Part shown: positions 26,473 through 38,136 of the stretch, piece by piece
How the letters are laid out: every line of letters begins with the position of its first letter
Numbering within the stretch: position 1 is the stretch's first letter
Assembly: GCF_009914755.1 (NCBI RefSeq)
Contig: NC_060930.1
DNA from: the human T2T-CHM13v2.0 reference genome, Homo sapiens
Length of the DNA: 64,000 nucleotides
Strand: one strand, 5' to 3'
Translations under genes and position numbers: made by a program
The notes under the pieces: generated by a model
Told to the model about the DNA's origin: nothing
The model's input: the letters and a program-made list of their open reading frames with translations, nothing else
Database searches by the model: none

Positions 26473-27159
26473 TCAATCACCTGTTTTGAAGATTTGTCAT
26501 CACTTTACTCCCCAGAGATCTTTAGCTGCACCAAAATGGCAAATATAGAATAGTCATTGCCTTGAGTTTGAATCTGATATTTTGCCTGAAATTTTGGCTT
26601 CATCCTTCAACTTGTCTACACCACCACCACCAATTTTCAAACTAGTGACAAAAAAAAACCCTCTGGATCCATCTTTCTCTATAATCTTTATTTTCCTCAG
26701 CCCCATTAAAAAAATTAATTTTGCATTTATTATATCTTGCTTTACTGCAGGCACCTCTAAACTACCATAAACAAGTGGTCACTGAAATGAAGACTTAACT
26801 GAAAGCAAAGAAAGCATACTCTACCCAGTATCCTGCTTTCCCAGATACTTATCCAGTTCTTAGGATGGCAAAATTTTCATCTGTGGCTTTTGTTCCACCC
26901 CACCACTCTCTGCAATGCCATGGATGGGCTCCCAATGTGGTTTACACCACATTGGATGACACTACTACTACTAATATCTTGCTTTTAGATACAAATGTAA
27001 GTTTGAGAAACATTTTCATACACATTGTCACATTTAGTCTCACATTTAGTGTCAACTGTCAACTGTAAGGTCGGCAGGAATGGCACTATCATTTCCATTA
27101 TTAATGCGAAGAACACATATCCAAGTGTGTGAAAAAAATAGCAAATTTGGGGCTCAAAA

Positions 27160-28690
27160 AGATTCCTAAGTGTTAGGCACTGCTTCCATGAAGTTACAAA
27201 GAATGTAGTTATCAGACGTAGTTCCTTCCCCCAAGAAGTTCACAGTCTAGTGCTGGGTATAGATTTGTAAACCAGCAAGTGTAATACAGTATGGAAAGAG
27301 CCCACCACATACATAGGAGGTTGCGTAGGAAAAGGCACAACAGACTCTATCAGCAAGAGAGAGCTGTGGAAAACCTTATAAAGGAGGCCATCTTTGGGTT
27401 CTTTGAAGAATGAGAAGACTCTAAATAGCGTAGGAAAGAAAAATAGAAGTAGGACAAAGTGATTCCAAGGAAGAAAATGTGTGTGCAAAGGCACAGAGAT
27501 AATCAAAGAACTGGAAGTCTGTGCACAGGAGATGGCACTAGATGACAAAGGGCACTGAGGACCTTGACTTTGTCTTATAGCAAGTGGTAAGCCACTAAAG
27601 GATTTAACCAGGGGAAAGACAGGATCAAATCTGAATTCAAAAACATTTTGAAAGTAGAGAGGAGGATCGATTTCTAAGGAAGAGGGAAATCGTGGGCAAA
27701 ATCCCAGGCAAGAAATGATTCTGGACTAAAATTAAGGCAAGGATAGCAGGAATGGAGGAGAGTGGATATGTTTGAGAGAACATTCACTGGGAGAACAAAA
27801 GTAGGGTTCATGTGCTGGAAACTTAAATCCCAATGCAACAGTGTTGAGAGGCAGAATCTTTAAGAGGTGATTAGGTCATGAGGGCTCTGCCCTTATGAAT
27901 AGATTAATGCCACTATATCAGGGGTGTGTTAGTGATTTTGGAAGTGGGTCCTGAGAAAAAGGATGAATTCTGCCCCCTTGTTGTCTCTTTTGTGCTCTTG
28001 CTATCTGATGCCTTCCACCATGGGATGACACAGCAAGAAGGTTCTCACAAGATACAGCCCCTCGCTCTTGGACTTCCCAGCCTCCAGAACTGTGAGCCAA
28101 ATAATTTCTATTGTTGATAAATCACCAAGTCTATGATATTTTGTTACAGCAGCACAAAACAAACTAAGACAATTGTCATTTGGATGTAGGTGATGCACAT
28201 AAGGAAGAATTCCGGATGGATTCCAGATTTTAAACTCATCAAAGTTGGATGATGGTAATAACTTTAATAATGAGGGAAAGAAGCAGATGGGTCAGGGAGT
28301 GGGGAAGAGCAGGAATCAGAAAGAGGAGGTAACATGTTCAGTTTTGAGCAGTCCTTGTACACTGAGCCTCTGATGTATTCATGCAGAACTGGTGACATTT
28401 GAGCTGGAGATATGAAATCCATTTTACTGATGCCAGAGGGAGGAATGTGATGAACCATGGAGGGAATGTGATGAACCATGGAGAGAATGTGGAGTAAGCA
28501 GTAGCAGATAGGAAAGGATGTGGATATCACCCTCGTTTAAGATCGGCAGAAATAAAGTAAGATAATGAATGCAGAGAGAGAGAAAGACAACAGGAGAAAA
28601 TGTTGTCAAGGAATCCAAGAAATATTTTTGAGAAGGAAGAAGAAGAAAGAACAGATGGTCACGAGGGTCAAATGCTACACCCATGTGTTA
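27160..28690 (-). mobile_element. L2 LINE remnant interrupted by an MSTD LTR
   Basis: aagtgttaggcactg...gtgtgcaaaggcacagag...aagccactaaaggattt...aggtcaaatgc-like L2 segments on both sides of 27807-28171. Confidence 0.6.
27807..28171 (+). mobile_element. MaLR solo LTR, MSTD-like
   Basis: gttcatgtgctggaaacttaaatcccaatgcaacagtgttgagagg...ttggacttcccagcctccagaactgtgag...aaactaagaca. Confidence 0.85.
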
Positions 28691-31084
28691 GCCAGATCTG
28701 GCACCAGAAGACAGCTGTGTCCCCACCACTGGCTGTGTCTATTGTGTGGTGAGGGGAGCTGCCAGGCAGGGTGGTGGGAATGGGAATGAATGCAAACAAT
28801 GGGAGACAAGGAGAATTTTGCCTGTGAAACGAAAGGAGAGAGAGGTGATTACAACCCAGGAAGATGGTGATTCTTAAATTTTAATGTAGGAGCAAGATTT
28901 GACCATGTTGGCAAAAGAAAGGCAGCCAACGTTGATGGAGAATGAGTAGAGACTTACTGGGGAGCCTCATTGTTCCCCAATATTCTCTCTTTTTAACCCA
29001 ATAGTGTGAATCATCGCCACTCTTCTAAGATCATCTCCCATCAGTCCTTTCATGGTTGAACTGAGAAAGGGCATTTGTGCTTTGGAAAGAATGTGCAGGT
29101 GGAATAAGACCTTTGCTGTGAGTATGGTTTGCTTAGGGTTAAATGCAGCTTGTATTGTTGGGAACTTGTTTGTACAAATTTTGGAAGACCATTTGCTTGC
29201 GCTGAGACGAAGTTCTTCCTCTATGTAGTTCAGGGGTGACCATGACAATTTTTTTGCCCCAAAACAGGCAGTTCTGCATGCATCCTATGTAGCATCCCAG
29301 AGGTCTTAGACACCCCTTGAGGGCTGGAGGAAAGCCAAACCCTGTAACCCACTGGGCTTGGCCATCAAGCTCCACGTGCCATTGCCACTTGTCTAATCCT
29401 GAATATGGAAGGGTTCATGTGGCACCTACTTGAAACTTAATAAGACTTTTGTTTACTTTTTTCCCCCAAAGTACAAGACAAGAAGACATTAGCTAGCATA
29501 CAGATTTTAACTATCTTCTTCTATTCAGCTTCTATTAATTCTCAGAGTAACTTTTCTCCTAAGTCAGTGAATGGTGAGATTTTCGCATTCTCTTAAAACA
29601 ACTTTGCATTGGAATTCAGTCTCATATTGCATCCAAAATAAACTTACATATTTAAAAAAAGCAATCTGTTCTTAATAGAACCTTTCTTATTTTTATATCA
29701 CTTAATATTTTTACAACTTAGAAATATTTATTGGAAGAGTTGGTACATGTCTTGACATCTTTATAGGCTAGAGAGTACTTGGCACATAGTAGGACTGAAT
29801 AAATATTTGTTGAATGAATGAAGAGTAAACAGAATAAATTAACAGTGAACATTTTGGCCACTAGAGAAAAACAGGCTGAGAAAGAGCTGTTGTCAGTTTC
29901 ACAAAACCTGTCAAGAGCAGCAAATCACAATTAAACACGAAACACACACATACACACACAGATATTATCCAGTTCTATAAACAGGAGACAATTAAGGACC
30001 TACAAACTGACCTTCTAATAAATGCTAACCAAACTAGTCTTGTTCATTTCAGAGATTCTTACCTGTCAAAGCCTAAATTCAGGGCTCTGCAAACCAGTCC
30101 CCCCTGTATGAAGCCTGACAATAAATGTTAAAAAAAAATCCAGATATCAGCACAGACCCCCACATCACAGGAGGGTCCTCTGACAATCTCTCCCACTTCC
30201 TTTCCTCTACAAAGACTTCAGAAGCCAAAGCTGGACTGTCAGTATCAAAGGTCTAAATATATTGCATTTTACTCTCCCCAGCAAGCCAAGCAGCTTTGCA
30301 AACAGAGCAATGAGCTTTGGCATTCTCGAAGCACAACTGTGAACACAGCAGTAACTCAAGGTAAAACAACCTTGTGAAACAGGTCACCAACAGAGCAGCT
30401 TGTGGGCAACCAGAGCAGCTCTGTCACCAGAAGCAAACACTGCTTCACAAAGCTGTAGCGTGGAGTCCATTGACAACTGTGAGCATCTCTGAATAAGTTG
30501 TGTAAATATGGTTGTCTCCAACTAGAATAAAGGCAACATCCACTCATATCTCTTGTTGTTTTCATTAAAATGGCTATTCTGTTTATAGCTTATCCATGTT
30601 ATACATGCAATTTTTAAATGAAATCATGCAATAAAACAAGAATTTGGCTGGAATGTTACTAATCTTGGATGAGTTTCAACTGAGGGCGCCAAGGGACCCT
30701 GTGCTCACTGGACAACGGGGCCCTTATCCTTGGGATTCAAGTCAGGTTCCCATGTGAACCCCAAAAAACGCACCTGGGGCTTCCTTCAGTGAGGAGGCCC
30801 TGGCTGATGTCTTCTAAAACACGGGGCCCTGGGCACTTGTCAAGTGCTTACTCAAGAAATAGATTTAAAGAAGTCCTGTAGTGTTCAGAGTCCAGTGAGC
30901 AACAACATCAAAAATAAAACAAAAACAAAACAACACACACACACACACACACGCACTACATATAACCAGGTCGATGACCTTAATATGTGTGTGGAAGGGC
31001 AGCTTAAATGAAATTGTAGATAATAAAATTCTATTTGGAGACTAGAAATAAAATTCTATTTGGAGAAATAAAATCTTTAGTAAA

Positions 31085-31330
31085 GTGGACATATGTGCAA
31101 CAATATTTATTGCAGCTCTGTTTATAGCATCAAAAAACTGGAAATAACATAAGTGTCCATCAATAGGAGAATGGCTGAATAAAATATGGTGTTGCTACAC
31201 CTCTACACCACAGAATATTATGCAGCCAGCACAAAGAATTAATTAGAATATACCAGTTGACTCAGTAAGATTTCTAGGAAGTGCTATTGATTAAGCCAAG
31301 ATACAGGAAATATGTATAATATCCTTCTTT
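31085..31330 (+). mobile_element. Old L1ME fragment
   Basis: tatttattgcagctctgtttatagcatcaaaaaactggaaataac...aagtgtccatcaataggagaatggctgaataaa. Confidence 0.7.
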
Positions 31331-31681
31331 TGTAAGACAAACCATAACCCAAAAGCTATGTACACATACAGGTTAACGAGTATCCCTTTCTCTCCAAAAC
31401 CTCTTGTTCTTGCGTTCAGATAGCAAGTGCAGATGGTGAAATTGTATAGGGCGAGGGGCACCTGCATGTGTGCAAGTCCACGTGGATGTATTTATATCTG
31501 TAAATCAGTAAGCAGCATTATGGAATTCCACATTTTTACATTTTTTAAAACGTTTGCATAGACACATATAACAAATTTCTAAATACAATTTTATAAAGGA
31601 AGAAATGAAACAGGTGAACTGCTATAAATTTTTTGGACTTTTAAATTTTATTACTTTTAAATTTTGTTTCCATAGTTTACT

Positions 31682-31757
31682 TTTATTTCAATGGTTTTTG
31701 GTTACATGGATAAGTTCTTTAGTGATGATTTTTCAGATTTTGGTGTACTTGTCACCC
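31682..31757 (-). mobile_element. L1PB-like extreme 3'-end fragment
   Basis: tttatttcaa...ggtttttggttacatggataagttctttagtgatgattt...agattttggtg. Confidence 0.7.
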
Positions 31758-32367
31758 TGCTTTAAATGAATATGACTTGGGTTCTTCTGGCATTTTTATT
31801 CCTGTAAAATAAACAGTGTCTGCACATCGCTAATTAGAAAAGTGTTCGACACAGAGTGTGGATTCCATTGTCCTCAGAAAACCCGTCAGAAGGAGGAGCA
31901 GGTAGGGAAATGATGTTCCTGGAAGTGCAGTCACTTTTTTAAGCTTACACAACTCCTAGCCTGCAGGACTGGATTTGTAACCTGAGGCTGCCTGACTCTA
32001 AACCCTTTTGGCTGCTCACAGGAGCCTCCCAAAGTCCTTGTTTTTGTCTCTGCCTTAAGACCTCCGTGGAGAATCCCGCACAACCAAGCTCCAGCAATGG
32101 AAGCGTTCTTTGCAGCTGATCACTTTGATTTCTCCAGTTACCACCCACCCCAAGTTCTTGGGCAGCAGAAGAGGTCATAGGACACTCAGCTCTCAACAAT
32201 CCCACATCTGTGTGATGGGGGCAATGGGTAAACCTTACACCGTGACAATGACTAAGCCTTTAAATTGGAGCGTCCCCAAAACTGAGCACATAAGCCTTGC
32301 TTGTTTTATTATTCCAGAATTTTTTACTAGGTGTCCGCTTTGCATTCAGAATAAAGATTCTATTCTT

Positions 32368-32928
32368 TCAGCAATATGTTGTAGTGTCTTTAGTACATTT
32401 CCAGGCTATAGCACGTAGACTCAAATCTGTATTAAACTGGATCTTTGCAGACAGGGTTGGCCCAAATAAACGTGGAAAAAGGAGGACTGTGTTAAAACAC
32501 ATGCAGTGGAAACTAATCAAGGGCGCGTACAGACGCGGGCAGCTACTTGCCAACAACCAGGCCGAGCATAAAGTAGTATCAAGGAAAATCAACCAAGACT
32601 GTTTCATATTAGAAGGTGGAACCGCCTGGAAACAACACGCCCTCTCGGAAAGTTCCCGCCATGCTCTGGCGCAGTTTTTCATCGTGATGCATCTCCCGGC
32701 GCAGCCTGGCGCTCTGCGGGCTCCGCTTCTGCTCACACTGGCAGCGTTGGTGCACGTGGGAGTGCAGTCACGGGGCTCACGTTCGCGTTTCCTCGGCTGC
32801 CTGGAGCCCATAGAGCGCTCCTTTCTGGGGGTGCTTCCTCGTTCCTGGGAGCGTTCTGTCCTGTGCCTCCCTGTGAATTCTCTCCAGGGCGCCTGCCTGC
32901 GCCTTCCAGCCGCAGCCGACAGTTCCAT
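32368..32928 (-). CDS. Hypothetical 186-aa ORF (MELSAAAGRRRQ...), no recognisable domain; translation unproven
   Basis: ATG at 32928 in strong Kozak context (aaaATGG); open to 32368; minus-strand AATAAA at 32310-32305. Confidence 0.2.
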   Translation of the reverse strand: MELSAAAGRRRQAPWREFTGRHRTERSQERGSTPRKERSMGSRQPRKREREPRDCTPTCTNAASVSRSGARRAPGCAGRCITMKNCARAWRELSERACCFQAVPPSNMKQSWLIFLDTTLCSAWLLASSCPRLYAPLISFHCMCFNTVLLFPRLFGPTLSAKIQFNTDLSLRAIAWKCTKDTTTYC

Positions 32929-32944
32929 TTTTAAAAGGTCTTGA
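32501..32944 (+). CDS. Hypothetical 147-aa ORF (MQWKLIKG...), no recognisable domain; translation unproven
   Basis: First ATG at 32501 (weak Kozak); frame open from 32297; stop TGA overlaps AATAAA at 32944-32949. Confidence 0.15.
   Translation: MQWKLIKGAYRRGQLLANNQAEHKVVSRKINQDCFILEGGTAWKQHALSESSRHALAQFFIVMHLPAQPGALRAPLLLTLAALVHVGVQSRGSRSRFLGCLEPIERSFLGVLPRSWERSVLCLPVNSLQGACLRLPAAADSSIFKRS
32520..32920. promoter_or_regulatory. Small CpG-island-like element (candidate promoter or enhancer)
   Basis: About 30 CpGs in ~400 bp by manual count, far above the rest of the window; kB-like, E2F-like and CACGTG motifs. Confidence 0.7.
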
Positions 32945-33209
32945 ATAAAGTGAAATGTGATTAGTTGTGGGAAATGAACCAATGATAAGCACAATTCAGC
33001 AGCCTTTATCACTGATGAAATGCAGAAATAAAGGTAATTTTCTCCAACTTTTGGTGCTATAGTAGCCGTGTTTCTATGAAAAACACTGATAGAACTTAAA
33101 TTGTTTCATCTCCATAGTGCCTTTAGAAGAAACATAACCCACCATCAACTTCAGGACTGCTGCACGCACACTTCAACACTTCTTGGTGTAGAGCGCAGTA
33201 GGGGAGGCA

Positions 33210-33450
33210 ATACAGCGAGATAAGAGCTCAGACTCTGAAGTCTGTCCGGGATTTGTGCCCACATCTCACACTTGGTACTCTGACCTTAGGCAAGTTACTG
33301 ATACTTCTAGGTTCCATTTCCTTGAATAAATGGGGTATAGTAACATTTACACACCCCATAGGGTTGTTGAAAGGACTAAACCAGATGATACCAGTAAAAC
33401 ACTTAGAACGATGGTTGGCAGATGGGAGTGCTTAGCAATTCATTAATACT
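33210..33450 (+). mobile_element. MIR SINE, near full length
   Basis: taagagctcagactctg...tgaccttaggcaagttact...aaatgggg...catagggttgttgaaaggactaaa...cacttagaac. Confidence 0.85.
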
Positions 33451-33633
33451 ACATCCAAAGAGAAAAAATGGACTCGGGCCTTTCTGAAATCAATAAAAAT
33501 CTGTTTCTGTGGCTGTTAAGGCCTTGTTTTCAAGAGGTGGAGAGACTCCCTCCATGAGCTCTCTGTCTAAACCAGACAGACTCCAGTCATTTGAAAACAC
33601 TCCTTGCCTCTTGGCCTTCCCACAGAGCCCACC

Positions 33634-34027
33634 TGACATCATTTGGATATTTGTCCCCACCCAAATCTCATGTTGAATTTTAATCTGCAACATCCCGGTG
33701 GGGGATGTCGGGATCATGGAGGTGGATCCCTCACGGCTTGGTGCTGTCTTCCTGATAGAGTTCTCACGAGATTTGGTCACTTAAAAGTGTGTAGCAACTC
33801 CCTCCCCCACTCTCCCTTGCTCCTGCTTTTGCCATGTGATGTGCCTGCTCTCCCTTTGCCTTCTGCCATGATTGTAAGCTTCCTGAGGCCTCCCTAAAAA
33901 CTGAACAGATGCCAGCACCATGCTTCTTGTACAGCATGCAGAGCTGTGGGTCAATTAAACCTCTTTTCTTTATAAATTTCCCAGTCTCAAGTGTTTCTTT
34001 ATAACAATGGAAGAGTGGCCTAATGCA
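33634..34027 (+). mobile_element. MaLR solo LTR, MSTA-like, with 5-bp TSD
   Basis: TG...CA ends; tgtccccacccaaatctcatgttgaatt...ccatgattgtaagcttcctgaggcctccc; TSD CCACC at 33629-33633 and 34028-34032. Confidence 0.9.
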
Positions 34028-34440
34028 CCACCTTTCACCTGCAGAGCCATCCCCCATCTCCTGCCATTTCACCTTTCTTTAAGAGCAGTCCCAAAGATCC
34101 CCCATCACCAAGATCTTCCCTGGGCACTTCAGGGGCAGAAGCCACTAGGGATGCACCTGGCTTCAGTCATCGTTCCTATCCACATAGCCATCCTCTCATG
34201 ATGCCATCCGGACAGTGATTCCTGGATGTGACTCTGCCCCTCAGGCATGATTGGCAAGCAACTTCAAAACGTGCACATTTGGGGTTTTCTCATAAAAACT
34301 TTTTTCAATAAATGTCCGTTACTGCCTCATTTATTAAATATTCCAGTTAGGGCTGCCAACAGCCACGCTGAGCAGCCACGCTGTAGTATATCATATGTGT
34401 GCTGGGGTAGCAGGGGAATTAAAAATGCCAGTTTATGATT

Positions 34441-34508
34441 TTATATATGTATGTATGTGTGTGTATATATATATATACACACACATATATGCGCACACAC
34501 ACACACAC
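34441..34508. repeat. Compound (TA)/(TG)/(CA) microsatellite
   Basis: Directly visible. Confidence 0.9.
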
Positions 34509-35223
34509 CCCTTCACAAAATAAAGACTCCCTGAAGCTTGTTATTGTTCCCTGTTTTGTTTCTGCCTTGAAGATAGTTACTAAGGATGTTAATAATTTGT
34601 GAGGCATCATCTTTAGTGCCCCTTTGCACCCAGAGAAGGAGGCTGTCGAGGGAGATGTGTTCGGTGTGTGCTCACCTGTGCTCGCTGCCACCCACTGTGG
34701 ACAGTGGGCCCTGCCATGTGTGCTTGCCAGGGCTCGCCGCTCTGCCCCCGCTCTGCCCCGCTCTCGGGCCTCTGCTCACCTGCCCTTGCCTTGTCTGCTC
34801 CCAGTTTCAGCTTGTTCCATTCAAATCCCACTGGACCTCTTCTTGGGAAAAGTACTGCTAATTCTGATCATTTATTAGGCACTATTATATACCAACCTAC
34901 ATAAAGTGCTTTAACCTCGACAGTGTGCTGGTAGGTATTTACGACAAGGCCCTCCAGGAGGAAAGCCCTGGTTTATGGTGTTTGCCAATTCCAGGGTGTA
35001 ACTACAGCCCATTCTGCTAGAACATTTCTTCTGAAAATGAGGATTTGTTCCACTGTGATTGGTAAATTAGGGAACAATTTGAGTGTCATGTCAATGTCGG
35101 TTTGCTCAGGCACCATTTTGTTGCTCAGAAGCCAGGTGAATGTAATAGGAAGGATGGATCTCACACACATGCATTTCATCAAGACAAGGAGCCACACCCA
35201 CCCATAGGATTTTAGATAGCCCT

Positions 35224-36019
35224 TGTATTAGTCAGGGTGCTCCAGAACCCTGGGGAGAAACAGAACCCAGAGAGAGGAAGGGAAATCGTGCGGTGGGGCA
35301 GGGGAGGCAAGAGAGGAGAGAGAGAGAGAGAGAGAAGAAAGAAAGAAAAAAGAAAGAAAGAAAGAAAGAAAAAGAAAGAAAGAAAGAAAGAAAGAAAGAA
35401 GGAAGGAAGGAAGGAAGGAAGGAAGGAAGGAAGGAAGGAAAGAAAGAAAGAAAGAAGGAAAGAAAGAAAGAAGGAAGGAAGGAAAGAAAGAAAAAGAAAG
35501 AAAGAAAAGAGAAAGAAAGAAAGAGAAAGAAAGAAAACGAACGAACTGAGTATACAGATCTATTGAGCACAATATTTATGATGGGAATGGCTCATGCAAT
35601 TACGGAGGCTAGCAAGTCCCATGATCTGTTGCCTACACACTGGAGAACTGATGCTGTAACTCAGTCTGAGGTCAAAGGCCTGAGAACCTGGGAAGCCACT
35701 GGCGTAAGTACAGAGTCCAAAGGTCTGAGAACCTGGAGAACCTGGTGTTCCAGGGCCGGAGAAGATGAATGTCTCAGATCATACAAAGATAATTCACTCA
35801 AATTCACCCTTCCTCCACCTTTTCATTCTATTGGAGACTTCAGTGAGTCAGGTGATGCCTGCCATGTTGGTGAAGAAGGATCTTCTTTATTCAGTGTTTA
35901 AATTCAAATGCTAATATCTTCTGGAAACGTCCTCACAGACCTACCCAGAAATAGTGATTTTCCAGCAATCTGGGCACCACCTAACCCAGTCAAGATGGCA
36001 CCTAAAATTATCCATCACA
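35224..36019 (-). mobile_element. ERVL solo LTR, MLT2B-like, with expanded internal purine repeat
   Basis: tgtattagtcaggg...agaaacagaacc...aaaggcctgagaacc...cccagtcaagatggcacctaaaattatccatcaca. Confidence 0.85.
35309..35537. repeat. Pure polypurine (GA/GAAA/GGAA)n tract including (GGAA)10
   Basis: 229 nt without a pyrimidine; ten perfect GGAA units at 35401-35440. Confidence 0.97.
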
Positions 36020-36101
36020 TACTCCTACCAGCAGTTCAAAACAACATGAGCTACAGCCCTTCCTGCCACCAACCGGCTGCACAGCTCTGTGCCTTCCCTT
36101 C

Positions 36102-36466
36102 TGTATTAGTCTGTTCTCACACTGCTGATAAAGACATACCCAAGACTGGGTAATTTATAAAGGAAATAGGTTTAATTGACTCACAGTTCTGCATGGTTGA
36201 GGAAGCCTCAGGAAACCCTCAATCATGGTGAAAGGGGAAGCAAATGCCTCCTTCTTCACATGGCAGCAGCAAGAATAAGTGCTGAACAAAAAGGGGGGAA
36301 ATCCCTTCTTAAAACCATCAGATCTCATGAGAACTCACTCACTATTGGGAGAACCGCATGAAGGTAACCACCCCCATAATTCAATTACCTCTCACTGGTT
36401 CCTTCCCAGGACACATGGGGATTATTCAAGATGAGATTTGGGTGGGGACACAGCCAAACCATATCA
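36102..36466 (-). mobile_element. THE1 (C/D-like) solo LTR
   Basis: tgtattagtctgttctcacactgctgataaagacataccc...gagatttgggtggggacacagccaaaccatatca; TSD ccttc/ccgtc. Confidence 0.92.
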
Positions 36467-37141
36467 CCGTCTCTTTAATTTCTCCTCTTGAATCCCAGAT
36501 ATTTTGTATTTTTCCTTTGGTTTTCTGTTCTTTTTCTCTTGGGAACTCTTTGGTTCCCTTCCTCTTGCAGACAGGGAGGTGGACATGGTGGGCCCCCAGG
36601 CATGGGACACTCACTTCTACAAGCAAACTTCAGGTCTTTCTCAAGGTGATCTTTTCAACGTGACGTCTTTACTGTGGTATTTACAGATTTCTTAATGAGT
36701 TGAAATGTATAACTGTGTGCTACCATTTTTATTGGGTTCCTCATCTTTTATTATTTGTCACTAATAAAGTTTTTGAATGTTGTGTCCCTAACCCCATTTT
36801 CCCATAAGCCCTGCAGTTTTTAACGTAGAAACACATACATTACATTAGAGCAGAACTAACTGCCTGTGGTATGCTGGGGCCCACTCACGTTCACATATTC
36901 TTGCTTCAAAGAGCTGGTTGGATTCCCAACTCTGTGTTTAGTGATGTCATATAAATACTGCAGTAAATATGTCACTGTGCAAAGAAAATTTTTGAAAAAA
37001 AAGTATCTTCTATACTTAAAGAGGATAAGGTCCTTTTATGAAAAGTCTATGTGAAGTGAAAATCTTCTGTGCTCAGAAGGCAGGGCTTCAATTTCTAGTT
37101 TTGCCAGCTGGTATGACCTTGAGTGTGGCAATGACCTTGGG

Positions 37142-37955
37142 TGTGGGAGCCAACTCATGGTGGCCCCTGTGACCCCCATCTCCTGGTGTTCACATCCCCC
37201 ATGTTGCACAGGGCGGTTGGTTTGTGTGACCAACAGAACCCAGAAGAAGTGAGAGTGTGTCACTTTGAAATCAGGCTCTAAAGACATTGCAGCTTCTGAC
37301 TTGGTTGCTTATTTGCTCAGTGGGCCACCTGCTTTGGGGAGGGCCAGCCTCCACATTGAATGGGCCTCCTGACAACAGCCATGTGCCGTGAACCACCTTA
37401 GAATCAGTTCCTCCAGCCCCAGTAAAACTTCAGATGATATAACTACAGCCAGCATCTAAACTGAAGTCTCATAAAAGACTCTGAGACACAGCCACACAGC
37501 TAAGCTACTCTTGACTTCCTAACCCTCAGAAACTATGAGAAACAATATATGCTTGTTTGTTTAAGCCAATAAATTTTGGAATAATTTGTTGCTACAGTCT
37601 TCATCTTTGTGTCCCCACACCCCAATTTATATGCTTAAATCCTAAACTCCAAGGTGATAGTATTAGGAGGTGGGGCCTTTTGGGGGGTGATTAGGTCATG
37701 AGGGTGTAGCCTTCATGAATGGGATTGGTGCCCTTATAAAAGAAACCCCGTTGAGCTTGTTTGCCCATTCCACCATGTGAAAACACAGCACGGAGGTGCC
37801 ATCTACAAACCAGGAAGAGAAACTGCCAGCACCTTGATCTTGGACTTCCCAGCCTGCAGGACTCTGAGAAATAGATTTCTGTTGTTTATAGTATTTGATT
37901 GTAGTAGCCTGACTAGCCTAAGACATTTGCTATGGAGCAATAGATAACTAATAGA
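37142..37955 (+). mobile_element. MLT1F-like LTR, interrupted near its 3' end by an MLT1A element
   Basis: tgacccccatctcctggtgttcac...tcctccagccccagt...tttaagcc...tttgg; resumes as tatggagcaatagataactaata after the insertion. Confidence 0.75.
37590..37925 (+). mobile_element. MLT1A0-like LTR nested in MLT1F
   Basis: tgcta...gtattaggaggtggggccttt...attaggtcatgaggg...gcaccttgatcttggacttcccagcct...ctaagaca; TSD tttgt/tttgc. Confidence 0.85.
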
Positions 37956-38136
37956 GTCACTAAGTCATCTAGTTCTCTATATACATATGGCAAACAGGTA
38001 CAATAATGCTAATTCTGTCTACTTCATAGATAAATAATTAAACCAAGTGGGGAAATGTGTGTGATTGCACTTTAGCAACTGTAAAAATGCCATGCAGCCA
38101 TAATGTGCTATTTTTACATTTAAAGATATCATTTAG

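Noticed and set aside
35228-35901. K/E/R-rich and F/L/S-rich ORFs of 109-202 aa
   Set aside because: Translations of the stop-free GAAA/GGAA microsatellite inside an LTR
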